This document shows positions 1-9,304 of a stretch of DNA of 64,000 nucleotides, in pieces; the stretch's first letter is position 1; every line of letters begins with the position of its first letter. Origin of the DNA: a bacterium. GTDB taxonomy: Bacteria > DRYD01. The notes under the pieces are model-generated. The model was given only the letters and a program-made list of their open reading frames with translations. It ran no database searches and was not told the origin of the DNA. Where the stretch lies: NCBI GenBank assembly GCA_039630415.1, contig JBCNVB010000018.1, forward strand, positions 106,663 to 170,662, written 5' to 3'. The position numbers were made by a program, and so were the translations under genes.

Positions 1-1442
1 CTTGTCAAAGTAGCTACTTCTAGGACTGACAATACAGAAGATCCCAAAGCAGTGGACAAATATGGTTCTAGATTAGATTTTACCCCCATTTTTTTAGCTG
101 TTTCTATCACTTTATCTATCCCTATTTGACTTGATAAATATACAGCGATAGTATTTCTAGAAAAAGCGAAAGAATCTATTAAGCTCATTCTACCCCAATA
201 TTTACCATCCCAATTAACCGGCGAATAAGAGCTAGTACCACTTCCATAGGTATACAATCTATCATAAACTACTGTGTTAGGGGAAAAACCATTTTCAAGA
301 GCAGCTGTATAGACAACTATTTTAAATACTGACCCTGGTTGCCTATAAGCTTGATAAGCCCTGTTAAACTGATCAGAGATTCTATATTCGTATCCTCCAA
401 CTAAAGCAAGTACTCTTCCAGTGTAATTTTCTATAACTACTACAGCAGCCTGATTTACATTATTAGCTTTCCTATTTTTATCTATTTCTTCCTTAACAAT
501 CTTTTGGATATCTTGTTGGATTCTTGTGTCCAAATTTAGATAAATTCTTAGCCCCATGGTTTTTAAATACTCATTATCAACATCAGTAATTTTCTTGAAA
601 TTTTGTACCACATAGTTGACATAATATGGATATAACACATTATTTTGATCAAGTGTTTCTCTTTTTAGCCTTATTGGATACTCTACATATTTTTTGTATT
701 CTAAAGGTGATATGTATTTAAGTTCAAGAAGCCTTCTTAGCACGTATAATTGCCTTTTACGAGCCATCTTGTAGTTTATGTAAGGCGAGTAAACAGAAGG
801 AGCTGGTAGAAGACCAATTATCATTGCCGCTTCAGGTATGTTTAGTTGGGACACAGATTTGGCAAAATATACTCTTGATGCTGCCTCTATTCCATAAGCT
901 CCTTCCCCAAAGTATACTAGATTCAAATACATTTCCATTATTTCCTGCTTGGAAAAACTTTTTTCTAATTCAACAGCTAGAACAGCTTCCCTTATTTTTC
1001 TTCTAATACTAAGCTCAGGACTTAGGAAAAGTATTCTAGCTAACTGCTGGGTTATAGTACTTCCTCCTTGGGTAACTTGCTTATTCAATGCTATGTCTAT
1101 GATACTCCTCACTACAGCTATAAAATCCACCCCTCTATGTATATAAAATCTTTCATCCTCAGAAGCTATAAGGCATATTTTTACTGAATTTGGTATACTA
1201 GATATTGGAACCCAATATCTATTTTCAACGTATAATTTAGCTACTTTTTGACCATCTAGAGAAAAAAACTCACTTGATTGAACCGGTATTTTTTTCCTTA
1301 TCTGTTTAACATCAACTACATCCTTTTGGGCTTCCTTTATTAATCCCAATACAAAGTAAGTTACAAAGAAAACACATACAATAATCAAAAAGGCTATTAC
1401 CTTGAATATTCCTACTATCAAACTAATGATTTTTCTTAGCAT
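1..1442 (-). CDS. Class A penicillin-binding protein (glycosyltransferase GT51 + transpeptidase); C-terminus cut by the window edge
   Basis: Own translation of the minus strand from the ATG at 1442. It gives MLRKIISLIVGIFKVIAFLIIV (TM anchor), GT51 motifs EDERFYIHRGVD, GGSTITQQ and RKIREA, then transpeptidase motifs SVFK (SxxK) and SRN (SxN). The frame stays open to position 1. It is absent from the ORF track because there is no stop codon in the window. Confidence 0.85.
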   Translation of the reverse strand, partial: MLRKIISLIVGIFKVIAFLIIVCVFFVTYFVLGLIKEAQKDVVDVKQIRKKIPVQSSEFFSLDGQKVAKLYVENRYWVPISSIPNSVKICLIASEDERFYIHRGVDFIAVVRSIIDIALNKQVTQGGSTITQQLARILFLSPELSIRRKIREAVLAVELEKSFSKQEIMEMYLNLVYFGEGAYGIEAASRVYFAKSVSQLNIPEAAMIIGLLPAPSVYSPYINYKMARKRQLYVLRRLLELKYISPLEYKKYVEYPIRLKRETLDQNNVLYPYYVNYVVQNFKKITDVDNEYLKTMGLRIYLNLDTRIQQDIQKIVKEEIDKNRKANNVNQAAVVVIENYTGRVLALVGGYEYRISDQFNRAYQAYRQPGSVFKIVVYTAALENGFSPNTVVYDRLYTYGSGTSSYSPVNWDGKYWGRMSLIDSFAFSRNTIAVYLSSQIGIDKVIETAKKMGVKSNLEPYLSTALGSSVLSVLEVATLT

Positions 1443-1815
1443 AAGAAATGAATACAGGTATAAGCTTTTCGAAATTTTTTCTACAATATTTCTTTGCTAA
1501 TCTGATATATACATGAACTAGCACTTTTTCGGGTATTTGAGAAGCTTTTATTTCACAGTATAGTAGTAAAAGCAATGCTCTTTCCATATAATTCATAACA
1601 AAATAATCTGATCTGTATATAATTTCCCATACCCCCTGGTTATATTTATGGTAGTTTTCAATCAAATTACCTAGTACTTGTCTAAAGTAAGTAGAAAGGT
1701 ATAAAGGAAGAAAAAACTTTTGGTAGTATAGAAACTGAAGGACCGTTCCTAGAGCAATTTCTCGTTGGTATTTTTGAGAATATTTCTGATTATCTTTTGA
1801 TAGTTGGCTCGACAT
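1423..1815 (-). CDS. Hypothetical protein (130 aa)
   Basis: ORF track. It is co-directional and overlaps both neighbours (26 nt upstream, 20 nt downstream), which suggests translational coupling. I recognise no motif. Confidence 0.4.
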   Translation of the reverse strand: MSSQLSKDNQKYSQKYQREIALGTVLQFLYYQKFFLPLYLSTYFRQVLGNLIENYHKYNQGVWEIIYRSDYFVMNYMERALLLLLYCEIKASQIPEKVLVHVYIRLAKKYCRKNFEKLIPVFISYAKKNH

Positions 1816-4276
1816 TATATTTTCTCATTAAATCACTTACCATTTTTTGAATATCTTTTTCATCCCTATCTACCAGGATAATTTGAATGGTAATTTTTCC
1901 ATTTTCCACTTTAGCTCCTACAGCCTCCATAAGAATTAAGTTATGGTATATATCGTTTATCATTTTTTGTGTTTTATCATCTATATTTGCCTCGATTCTC
2001 ATTATGGCGTGTTTGTAGTTATTTTTTATGGTATTGTAGTATTCTTCGAGTTTATCCATAGAGTATACAAAAGGTGGAATTTTAAACTCCATAGTTGCTT
2101 TTAGCTGAGCATCCTTCTGTACTTGCCCAATAGGTTGCTTTTCTTGTTTTTGTGTTTGATCAGTCTGGATTGTTTGCTGTGGAGTTTGTTGTACAGTTTG
2201 TTGTGGAGTTTGTTGTACAGTTTGCTGTGAATTATCTTGAGTTACATCCACTAAAACCTTAACTCCTGCTATAGTAGTTTTATTTTTGCCTGTTTTCTTA
2301 GAATAGTAAAGAGCTTCGTCAGCTGCCTTTATTATTTCTTCTACATTTTTACCATGATCAGGGAAAGTTGCTAATCCTAAAGAAATCGTTATTACAGTAG
2401 GTACATTTTCGAATTTTCTTGATGAAACCTCCTGTCTAATTCTTTCAGCTATTTCATAAGCCTTTTCAGTAGGAGTATTAGGTATTATTATTCCTATTTC
2501 TTCTCCACCATACCTGAAAGGCCAATCAAAAAATTCTCTAGCTGCAGCTTTGAAAACCTTAGCAACTACTCTTAAAACTTCGTCTCCTACTTGGTGACCA
2601 TAGGTATCATTAAATTTCTTAAAATTATCTATATCACAAAGTATGTAAGATAATTTTTGATTATTTTTTGATGCTTTTTCAAGTTCTTCTTCCATTTTTT
2701 GGTACATAAAACGACGATTATATAACCTTGTTAGTTCATCCAAATAAGCTACTTCCTTGAATCTAATAGAAACTATATCATTACTTATTTCTTCCAATAC
2801 CTCTTTTATTACTTCCTTGTATGTTCTTAAGTTTTGAAGTATTTTATTTTCTTCAGTTTCAGTTAAAGCCTGAATGAATATTAAGCTTTGAAGTAGACCC
2901 TTACTAACACATGGCAAGATAAAATGCATCTTCTGCTTTTTGAAGTTAACAATATTTTTACCCCCAAACCAGTCGTAGAAAGTTGGATTGGATTGGATAG
3001 ATAATAAGTGTACCGGTGTATTAGAGTATTCCGATAGCCAAGCTGAATATTTTGGGAATATATACAAAACATCTGGTAAATCATCCGAAGCATTATTGAA
3101 GTAACAGTATAATACATTATCCTTTCTAGGGTCAGTAATGTAGATCGCCATCCTTGCATTAAAACCTAATATATTATTGTTGAAAAATTCATAAACTAAA
3201 CTTATGAAGATATCCAAGTTCTCCGCTTTTATTGATACAGCTTCCTGATATACCTTTTTGATGTTTTCTATCTTTCTTTTCGCTTGTTTATTTTTCCTTT
3301 CATTGTATAAATATAAAGCAGCTATAATACAGGAAACCAATAACAAAATTGTTACCGCAATTACAGCATATCTAGTAGTATTTCTTGTTTCTATTTCTTT
3401 TTTGATAATCAATATTTCTTCATCTTTAGTATCCTGAAAAGTTTGCTTTATAATCTCATAAGCCTGTTTGTATTTTTTTAACGCATGCAGTATTTTTACC
3501 TTTAGTTTAAGATATTCTTGGTTTTCCGGATACTTAGCAAGTATCTTTTCAATTTGTTCCAAAGCCTTTTGATAATATCCTTGTTTATAATTTAGAACAG
3601 CTATTAAGTAGAACGATTTTTCATCAACCAGCAGGTATTGGTACTTGGAAGCAAATTCAGAAGCTTTATTCAAATCCTCATTTTCTATATAGAGTTTAAG
3701 TATTAAGTAGGCGAAATCTTTATTTAGATATCCCTTGGATATTATTCTATCGGTCATTTTAATGGCTTCTTGGAAATCTTTCTTTGATATATAGATGTCC
3801 AGTAAAAGAATCATAGAAGGTATATACGATGGGTTATTTTGTAACGATTTTTTCAAATTGTACTCCGCAGAAGCAAAGTCTCCTAAACTGTGATAAACCC
3901 ATCCCTTGTAGTAATATGCTCTTGCATCATAAAAATCAATATTGTTTATTATGTAATCAGCATACTTTAATATTTCATTGTATATTTTTTGCTTGTCCGA
4001 AGAAACGTATATGTTTCTTATAAGTATTTCTGTTAGAAGGTAAAAGGCATTCTTGTTTTTGTTGTTCAAATTCTTTATTATATGGACACATATGATATAA
4101 GCTGATTTATCATCAAATTTTTTGTAGTACTGAACAGCCATATTATACAATTCTTCCTCGCTTTTTCCCTCCAAATCTTTAACGTCTATACCAAAACCAG
4201 TACTACATAGTAGCACTATAAAATTGAAAATTAGTAGCAAACTTATAGTTACTCTGCTAAGCGTGTTTTTGATCAT
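1790..4276 (-). CDS. TPR-repeat / single-TM / GGDEF-domain protein (diguanylate cyclase-like)
   Basis: 828 aa. It has an N-terminal signal/anchor, about 270 aa of TPR-like helical repeats and a TM helix near residues 302-324. A GAF-like region follows, then a GGDEF domain (YLDELTRLYNRRF ... DIDNFKKFNDTYGH ... RYGGEEIGIII). After that come a Q/T/P-rich linker and an extra C-terminal domain of about 110 aa. Confidence 0.85.
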   Translation of the reverse strand: MIKNTLSRVTISLLLIFNFIVLLCSTGFGIDVKDLEGKSEEELYNMAVQYYKKFDDKSAYIICVHIIKNLNNKNKNAFYLLTEILIRNIYVSSDKQKIYNEILKYADYIINNIDFYDARAYYYKGWVYHSLGDFASAEYNLKKSLQNNPSYIPSMILLLDIYISKKDFQEAIKMTDRIISKGYLNKDFAYLILKLYIENEDLNKASEFASKYQYLLVDEKSFYLIAVLNYKQGYYQKALEQIEKILAKYPENQEYLKLKVKILHALKKYKQAYEIIKQTFQDTKDEEILIIKKEIETRNTTRYAVIAVTILLLVSCIIAALYLYNERKNKQAKRKIENIKKVYQEAVSIKAENLDIFISLVYEFFNNNILGFNARMAIYITDPRKDNVLYCYFNNASDDLPDVLYIFPKYSAWLSEYSNTPVHLLSIQSNPTFYDWFGGKNIVNFKKQKMHFILPCVSKGLLQSLIFIQALTETEENKILQNLRTYKEVIKEVLEEISNDIVSIRFKEVAYLDELTRLYNRRFMYQKMEEELEKASKNNQKLSYILCDIDNFKKFNDTYGHQVGDEVLRVVAKVFKAAAREFFDWPFRYGGEEIGIIIPNTPTEKAYEIAERIRQEVSSRKFENVPTVITISLGLATFPDHGKNVEEIIKAADEALYYSKKTGKNKTTIAGVKVLVDVTQDNSQQTVQQTPQQTVQQTPQQTIQTDQTQKQEKQPIGQVQKDAQLKATMEFKIPPFVYSMDKLEEYYNTIKNNYKHAIMRIEANIDDKTQKMINDIYHNLILMEAVGAKVENGKITIQIILVDRDEKDIQKMVSDLMRKYNVEPTIKR
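2177..2230 (-). repeat. In-frame 24-bp tandem repeat (about 2.2 copies) encoding QQTVQQTP units in the GGDEF protein linker
   Basis: Plus-strand units CTGTGGAGTTTGTTGTACAGTTTG (2177-2200) and TTGTGGAGTTTGTTGTACAGTTTG (2201-2224) match at 23 of 24 positions. A partial third copy follows. Confidence 0.85.
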
Positions 4277-5745
4277 AGCTTTTTGGTATAATCAATCACC
4301 CTTTCCATTATTGAATTTTTTGTATTTTTTGTATTTACCTTTTCCATTTTTGTTTCATTTACTTCCTTAATTTCCATATTTTCTATCCCCATATTTTGTT
4401 TCAGTTTTTCGAGTATAATTTCCCTTTTCTGTTCAAGTAATTTGATGTATGTAAGATCATACTTATCCTGAATATTGTACACAAAGAATATTTTATTACC
4501 CTGTTTAATTATTTCCTTACAAGCATTCATTGTCTTGTAGATTAGTTTGTCATTTTCAAAAAATTTCAAAACCTGTTCTTTTACATTAATGTAATCTTGA
4601 TTTGTTTGTTCTTGATTAAATCTATTTTCAACATCAATCTTCTTTTCAGGAACCTGATATTGATCCTGAGTATAATTTTCATACCCTAAATTTAGTGACA
4701 TTATTTCAAAAAAAATGTAATCATTCTCACTTTTGTAGTAATTCAAAACATTACTTACAACATTCATTACCCTTCTCACCTTTTCCAAAGGGAAAAAAGA
4801 AGTAATCTTTTGATAATTCTCAATCTGAAAAGAACAGAACTCATCCAAAGTTTGATTATACCTAAAGTATATTATGTTCCTCAATTCCTCTAGAACAGTA
4901 TATAAAAACTGATATATATTTACAGAGTTATACTTAATTTTGTTTATGACCTGTATTAAATCGCTGATATTACCCTGCAATATTGAAAACAAATATTCAT
5001 ATATCCATGAATAAGAGGCTGTTAAAGAGATTTGGAATATATGGTTTATTGATATTTTTTTATCCATGTTTCTTACCTGCTCTAGAATACTTAATGAATC
5101 TCTTACGGATCCATTAGCCACCTTTGACAAATACATCAAAGCTTCTTCATCTATGTTTATTTTTTCTTTATTGCATATTTCTTTTAGATGCTGGAATATA
5201 GTTGAATGGTGCACCCTCTTAAATTCTATTTTTTGACATCTGGATTGAATAGTTATTGGTACTTTGTGAATATCTGTGGTAGCCAAAATAAAGACGGTAA
5301 ACTCTGGAGGCTCTTCTAGACTTTTCAATAGCGCATTAAAAGCCTCTATCGTTAGCATATGCACCTCATCTATTATATAAACCTTATACTTTCCTTTTAA
5401 AGGAGCTAGCTTTATGTTTTCTCTTATTTGCTTTATTTCATTTATTCCTCTATTAGAAGCAGCATCTATTTCTATACAATCCGGGAAATTATTGTTATTA
5501 ATTGATATGCAATTTGAACAATTATTACAAGGTTCAAAATCAACCCTTTGTAAACAATTCAAAGCTTTGGCAAATATCCTAGCCACAGTAGTTTTTCCAG
5601 TACCTCTAGTACCAGTAAATAAATAGGCATGAGAAAAAGTATTGTTCAATATAGAATTTGTTATTATCCTTATTGCTAAATCTTGTCCAATTACTTGACT
5701 GAAATTTTGAGGTCTATATTTCCTGTATAAAGTAACATTCTTCAT
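4273..5745 (-). CDS. dnaX: DNA polymerase III subunit gamma/tau
   Basis: N-terminus YRPQNFSQVIGQD, Walker A GTRGTGKTT, a zinc module CLQRVDFEPCNNCSNC, DEVHML and the SRCQ sensor. 490 aa. Confidence 0.9.
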   Translation of the reverse strand: MKNVTLYRKYRPQNFSQVIGQDLAIRIITNSILNNTFSHAYLFTGTRGTGKTTVARIFAKALNCLQRVDFEPCNNCSNCISINNNNFPDCIEIDAASNRGINEIKQIRENIKLAPLKGKYKVYIIDEVHMLTIEAFNALLKSLEEPPEFTVFILATTDIHKVPITIQSRCQKIEFKRVHHSTIFQHLKEICNKEKINIDEEALMYLSKVANGSVRDSLSILEQVRNMDKKISINHIFQISLTASYSWIYEYLFSILQGNISDLIQVINKIKYNSVNIYQFLYTVLEELRNIIYFRYNQTLDEFCSFQIENYQKITSFFPLEKVRRVMNVVSNVLNYYKSENDYIFFEIMSLNLGYENYTQDQYQVPEKKIDVENRFNQEQTNQDYINVKEQVLKFFENDKLIYKTMNACKEIIKQGNKIFFVYNIQDKYDLTYIKLLEQKREIILEKLKQNMGIENMEIKEVNETKMEKVNTKNTKNSIMERVIDYTKKL

Positions 5746-6659
5746 AGAACTAGATTTTCTATCTTGTAGTTTTTCTTTAGATGGTCAACAGAGATTTTGG
5801 TATATATTTGAGTTGTACTAAGATTAGAATGACCTAGAAGTTCTTTTATACTCACTATATCAGCCCCATTTTGTAACATAATCGTAGCAAAAGTATGTCT
5901 CATAACATGAGGCGTTATTTTTAGCTTTAAACCCATTATCTTCGAAACCCTAGCAAAAATGTATTGTACAGTTCTAACAGTCATTTTTTTATTTCTTATA
6001 CTTACAAAAACATTCTCCGATCCTGAAAATCTCTGCTTTATATTCAAGTAACTGTTTAAATGTTCTTTGACATAGTCATTAAATATAACTATTCTTTCTT
6101 TATCCCCCTTACCTTTAACACTTATAGTTTTTTGATTAAGATCTATATCCGAGATTTTTATATTAACCAACTCGGATACTCTAAGACCTGTAAAAACCAA
6201 CAATACAAATATTAATCTGTTTCTTGATTGTATAAAGTCTCTATATTTTTGATTAGTTTTTGAAAATACAAAATCAATACCATTAATTATTTGCTTTATT
6301 TGATCAATGGATATAGCTTTAGGCAAATTTTTTGGTGTTTTCATTGTTTCAATTAAATCCGAGTAATTTGTATCCACTATCCCTTCCTTCCATAAAAACC
6401 TGAAAAAAGATCTGAAACTAGATATCTTTCTGTTTATTCCCCTATTTAAGTGATTTTTATTAGTTTTAAGATAAACTACGTAGTTTCTAATCTGATCTAT
6501 TATTTGATTAGCTTTTTGACTATCTATGCTTTGAATTTGCGATAAAGCAAAAAATCTTTTCAAATCATAAGTATACTCTTTTATAGTCCTACCTGCCAAA
6601 CCTACCCTTATTAGGTAGTATTTATATTTTTCAAGCAGATCTTCTACTTGTATTTTCAC
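5742..6659 (-). CDS. Tyrosine site-specific recombinase, XerC/XerD family
   Basis: 305 aa. It has an N-terminal SAM-like domain and the C-terminal catalytic signature GLRVSEL ... HVMRHTFATIMLQNGADIVSIKELLGHSNLSTTQIYT (R..HxxR..Y). Confidence 0.85.
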   Translation of the reverse strand: MKIQVEDLLEKYKYYLIRVGLAGRTIKEYTYDLKRFFALSQIQSIDSQKANQIIDQIRNYVVYLKTNKNHLNRGINRKISSFRSFFRFLWKEGIVDTNYSDLIETMKTPKNLPKAISIDQIKQIINGIDFVFSKTNQKYRDFIQSRNRLIFVLLVFTGLRVSELVNIKISDIDLNQKTISVKGKGDKERIVIFNDYVKEHLNSYLNIKQRFSGSENVFVSIRNKKMTVRTVQYIFARVSKIMGLKLKITPHVMRHTFATIMLQNGADIVSIKELLGHSNLSTTQIYTKISVDHLKKNYKIENLVL

Positions 6660-7591
6660 GATTCTTTCAAGGATAACCCTAGTTCAGATAGTTTTTGCTT
6701 TATCTCTTGAATAGACTTTCCTCCTAGGTTTCTTACAGTAATTAGATCATCTTCGGTATAGTTTATCAAATCCGCTAAAGTACTTATTCCTATCCTTTTA
6801 AGCGAGTTGTAAGTTCTCGATGATAAGTTGAGATCCTTTATATTCTTGGATAGAATATCCTTTTGAGAAGCTTGTTGTGATTCCTTAATAAATGTTTCAC
6901 CTTCAAAACTATATCCTAACATTATTGTTTCAGTATAGGCTTTAATTACACCTAGAGCTTTCAAAAGTGCTTCCCTTGGAGCAATTGTTCCGTCTGTCCA
7001 TATTTCAATATAAAGCTTATCTGTAAGCTGATTGTTTTCAGTCCTTTCATTTTCTACATAGTAGTTGACTTTTTGTACTGGAGAAAAGATACTATCAACT
7101 TTTATATATCCTATTATTTCTTCGGGTAGGATTTGCTCTTCTGCTGAGATATAACCATAACCCATTTTAACTCCTGCTTCTATAGTTAATGTAGTATTGG
7201 TCGTAATTGTAGCTATGTATTGATCTGGGTTAGTAACCTCCACCATTGCAGGGCATTTAACATCCGATGCTTTGACTTGAGCAGGCCCCGTTACGTTCAA
7301 ATATACTTTTTCATAATCACTATTTGATCTATACTTGAACCTTACTCTTTTCAAATTCATTATTATATCTATCACATCTTCTTTTATCCCAGGAATAGGT
7401 TCATACTCATGTAGAACGTTATTGATTTTCACATAGAATATTGCAGCTCCAGGTATATAAGAAAGTAGAACCCTTCTTAGAGCGTTTCCAATAGTAATTC
7501 CCATTCCATAGGGCAACTTCTCTATGAAAAATCTTCCATAGTTTGGTTCAATTGCTAATATACCAGTGTTCACATTATTTACTATAAGCAT
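6656..7591 (-). CDS. rpoA: DNA-directed RNA polymerase subunit alpha
   Basis: 311 aa. N-terminal domain FIIEKLPYGMGITIGNALRRVLLS and C-terminal domain LNLSSRTYNSLKRIGISTLADL ... VRNLGGKSIQEI. It follows rpsD. Confidence 0.95.
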   Translation of the reverse strand: MLIVNNVNTGILAIEPNYGRFFIEKLPYGMGITIGNALRRVLLSYIPGAAIFYVKINNVLHEYEPIPGIKEDVIDIIMNLKRVRFKYRSNSDYEKVYLNVTGPAQVKASDVKCPAMVEVTNPDQYIATITTNTTLTIEAGVKMGYGYISAEEQILPEEIIGYIKVDSIFSPVQKVNYYVENERTENNQLTDKLYIEIWTDGTIAPREALLKALGVIKAYTETIMLGYSFEGETFIKESQQASQKDILSKNIKDLNLSSRTYNSLKRIGISTLADLINYTEDDLITVRNLGGKSIQEIKQKLSELGLSLKES

Positions 7592-7640
7592 AGTTATAAA
7601 CCTCCTACCAGCGTTTTATGTATGTACTTTTCAAAACTTT

Positions 7641-8279
7641 TTATCTTGAGTAAAATTCTACAATAAGATTATCTTCTATTGGATACTCTATATCACTTCT
7701 TTCAGGTTCTCTTAAAATCTTTATGGTTAAGTTACTATGATCAGCATTTATCCAAGATGGGATAAAAATATTCTTTGTGCCTTCTAAATATTGCTTTATT
7801 ACATTAAGAACTTTGGGTTTGAATTTTATTACATCACCCATTTTGATCAGATATGAAGGTACATCTACGTTTTTTTCGTTAACAAATACAAATCCGTGAG
7901 AGATTATTTGTCTAGCTTGTGCTCTTGAGGCTGCAAAACCAGCCCTGTATATAACGTTATCTATTCTCCTTTCTATAATTTTCATTAGATTTTGACCTGT
8001 AAATCCTTTACCAAGCCTTGCTAATCTCTTAGCTTCTTCAAAATATTTTCTAAACATTTTTTCACTAACACCATAGATTCTTTTTACCTTCTGTTTCTCT
8101 CTTAGTCGTATTCCGAAAGTTGTAAGTTTAGGTCTCCTTTTTATGAAACCGTGTTGGCCTGGCGGATAATTTCTTTTTTCCAAGGGACATTTATCAGAAT
8201 AACACTTTTCTCCTTTGAGATATAGTTTTATTCCTTCCCTTCTACACAGTTTACATTTAGGACCTATGTATCTACCCAT
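7641..8279 (-). CDS. rpsD: 30S ribosomal protein S4
   Basis: [26 protein letters not shown] ... the S4 domain [27 protein letters not shown]. Confidence 0.97.
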   Translation of the reverse strand: [212 protein letters not shown]

Positions 8280-8323
8280 TTTGCAATAGTTTCCTCGTTT
8301 ATCAGAGGGCTGGATAATTTATA

Positions 8324-8347
8324 TACCGCTATTTCCAGCAAGCGGTA
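8324..8347 (-). other. Stem-loop between rpsK and rpsD (7-bp stem TACCGCT/AGCGGTA, 10-nt loop)
   Basis: Seen directly: plus-strand 8324-8330 pairs with 8341-8347. It starts 3 nt after the rpsK stop. No U-tract follows, so it is not a classical terminator. Confidence 0.25.
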
Positions 8348-8349
8348 AT

Positions 8350-8730
8350 TTATACTCTTCTTCTTGAAGGAGGTCTACATCCATTGTGTGGTATTGGAGT
8401 AGCATCTTTTATATCACTGATTTCAAGTCCTGCAGCTCTAAGTGCTCTTATAGCTGATTCTCTTCCCATACCAGGTCCCTTAACAATTACTTTAACCTCT
8501 CTTAAACCTTGTTGTATAGCTTTCTCTGCAGCCTGCTTTGCAGCTAATTGAGCTGCAAATGGAGTGCTTTTCTTAGTACCTTTATATCCTACTGTTCCTC
8601 CAGATGCCCAACTTATCGTATTACCATTCTCGTCCGTTATTGTTATTATTGTATTGTTAAATGTAGAGTGTATATGAGCTATTCCTGTACTGCTAACTCT
8701 TTTTTGTTTTTTCTTCTTTTTATAAGCCAT
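8350..8730 (-). CDS. rpsK: 30S ribosomal protein S11
   Basis: [30 protein letters not shown] ... [18 protein letters not shown]. There is an AGGAGG-type RBS upstream. Confidence 0.97.
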   Translation of the reverse strand: MAYKKKKKQKRVSSTGIAHIHSTFNNTIITITDENGNTISWASGGTVGYKGTKKSTPFAAQLAAKQAAEKAIQQGLREVKVIVKGPGMGRESAIRALRAAGLEISDIKDATPIPHNGCRPPSRRRV

Positions 8731-8795
8731 TACTATTCCTCCTTATTTGGTGTAATAGCTTTTGACATTGATAAAAATTCTACCAAAAATAGATA

Positions 8796-9257
8796 TTACC
8801 TGTTTTTTATTATTATCCTACAGCCAGGATAATACTTCCCATCTTCAGAAACTATACATCCCGTCGAAGGAACACCATCATCCAAAAAAGAGTCAACATC
8901 AACTATAGTTTTAAGAGGTACAAATGAATTTTCTGAACAGGTATTAACCTTACTATAAACTACTTCATCAACATATATAACTATCTGCGTATTATAGGCT
9001 GAAAGGAGTTTTATACTCTTTCGATTATCATGCCGCTCAATTGATACTACCTTGAAAATTATGGATAGATCTCTTAACGTATTTTCTATTTGCAATAAAG
9101 AATCTTGATAAACTAAATTCCTTATAAATCTTATCTGATTAATAAAATCCAAATACATTTTATCGCTTGAATAAGGTGAATAGAGAGAGAAAACCTTTAC
9201 TATTAATACCATGGAAACTAATATAATAACACTTCTAGATATAAAAATATCCCACAT
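8796..9257 (-). CDS. Hypothetical membrane-anchored protein (153 aa)
   Basis: ORF track. It has an N-terminal hydrophobic helix (SVIILVSMVLIVKVF). I recognise no family. Confidence 0.4.
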   Translation of the reverse strand: MWDIFISRSVIILVSMVLIVKVFSLYSPYSSDKMYLDFINQIRFIRNLVYQDSLLQIENTLRDLSIIFKVVSIERHDNRKSIKLLSAYNTQIVIYVDEVVYSKVNTCSENSFVPLKTIVDVDSFLDDGVPSTGCIVSEDGKYYPGCRIIIKNR

Positions 9258-9304
9258 ATTTCTCTATTCATATTTTAGCAGAATTAGTGAAAAAAACCTA
9301 CTAT

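Noticed and set aside
2177-2230. Tandem repeats (here, at 32005-32106 and at 48585-48625) as possible CRISPR or other non-coding arrays
   Set aside because: The units are 18-24 bp with no spacers. They are in frame within long ORFs and encode low-complexity linkers (QQTVQQTP, KDTEKT, QEQT). No cas genes are present.
2881-3159. 92-aa same-strand alternative-frame ORF inside the GGDEF gene
   Set aside because: It is fully nested in a different frame of a gene with clear domain homology, and it has no RBS or homology signal.
5055-5061. Possible programmed slippage site (A7 on the coding strand) in dnaX for gamma/tau production
   Set aside because: The run lies at about codon 230, inside or just after the AAA+ module. 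That is far upstream of where gamma normally ends (after domain III). I saw no A-AAA-AAG heptamer plus downstream hairpin at the expected position.
5742-6659. Tyrosine recombinase as the integrase of an integrated mobile element
   Set aside because: It is XerC/D-like in length and motifs. It overlaps rpoA and dnaX by 4 nt on each side. There are no flanking direct repeats, no tRNA target, and no phage or transposon genes.
8777-8782. Extended -10-like TGgTAGAAT upstream of rpsK as a promoter
   Set aside because: It is plausible but has no recognisable -35, and AT-rich DNA yields many such hexamers. The support is too weak to list as a feature.
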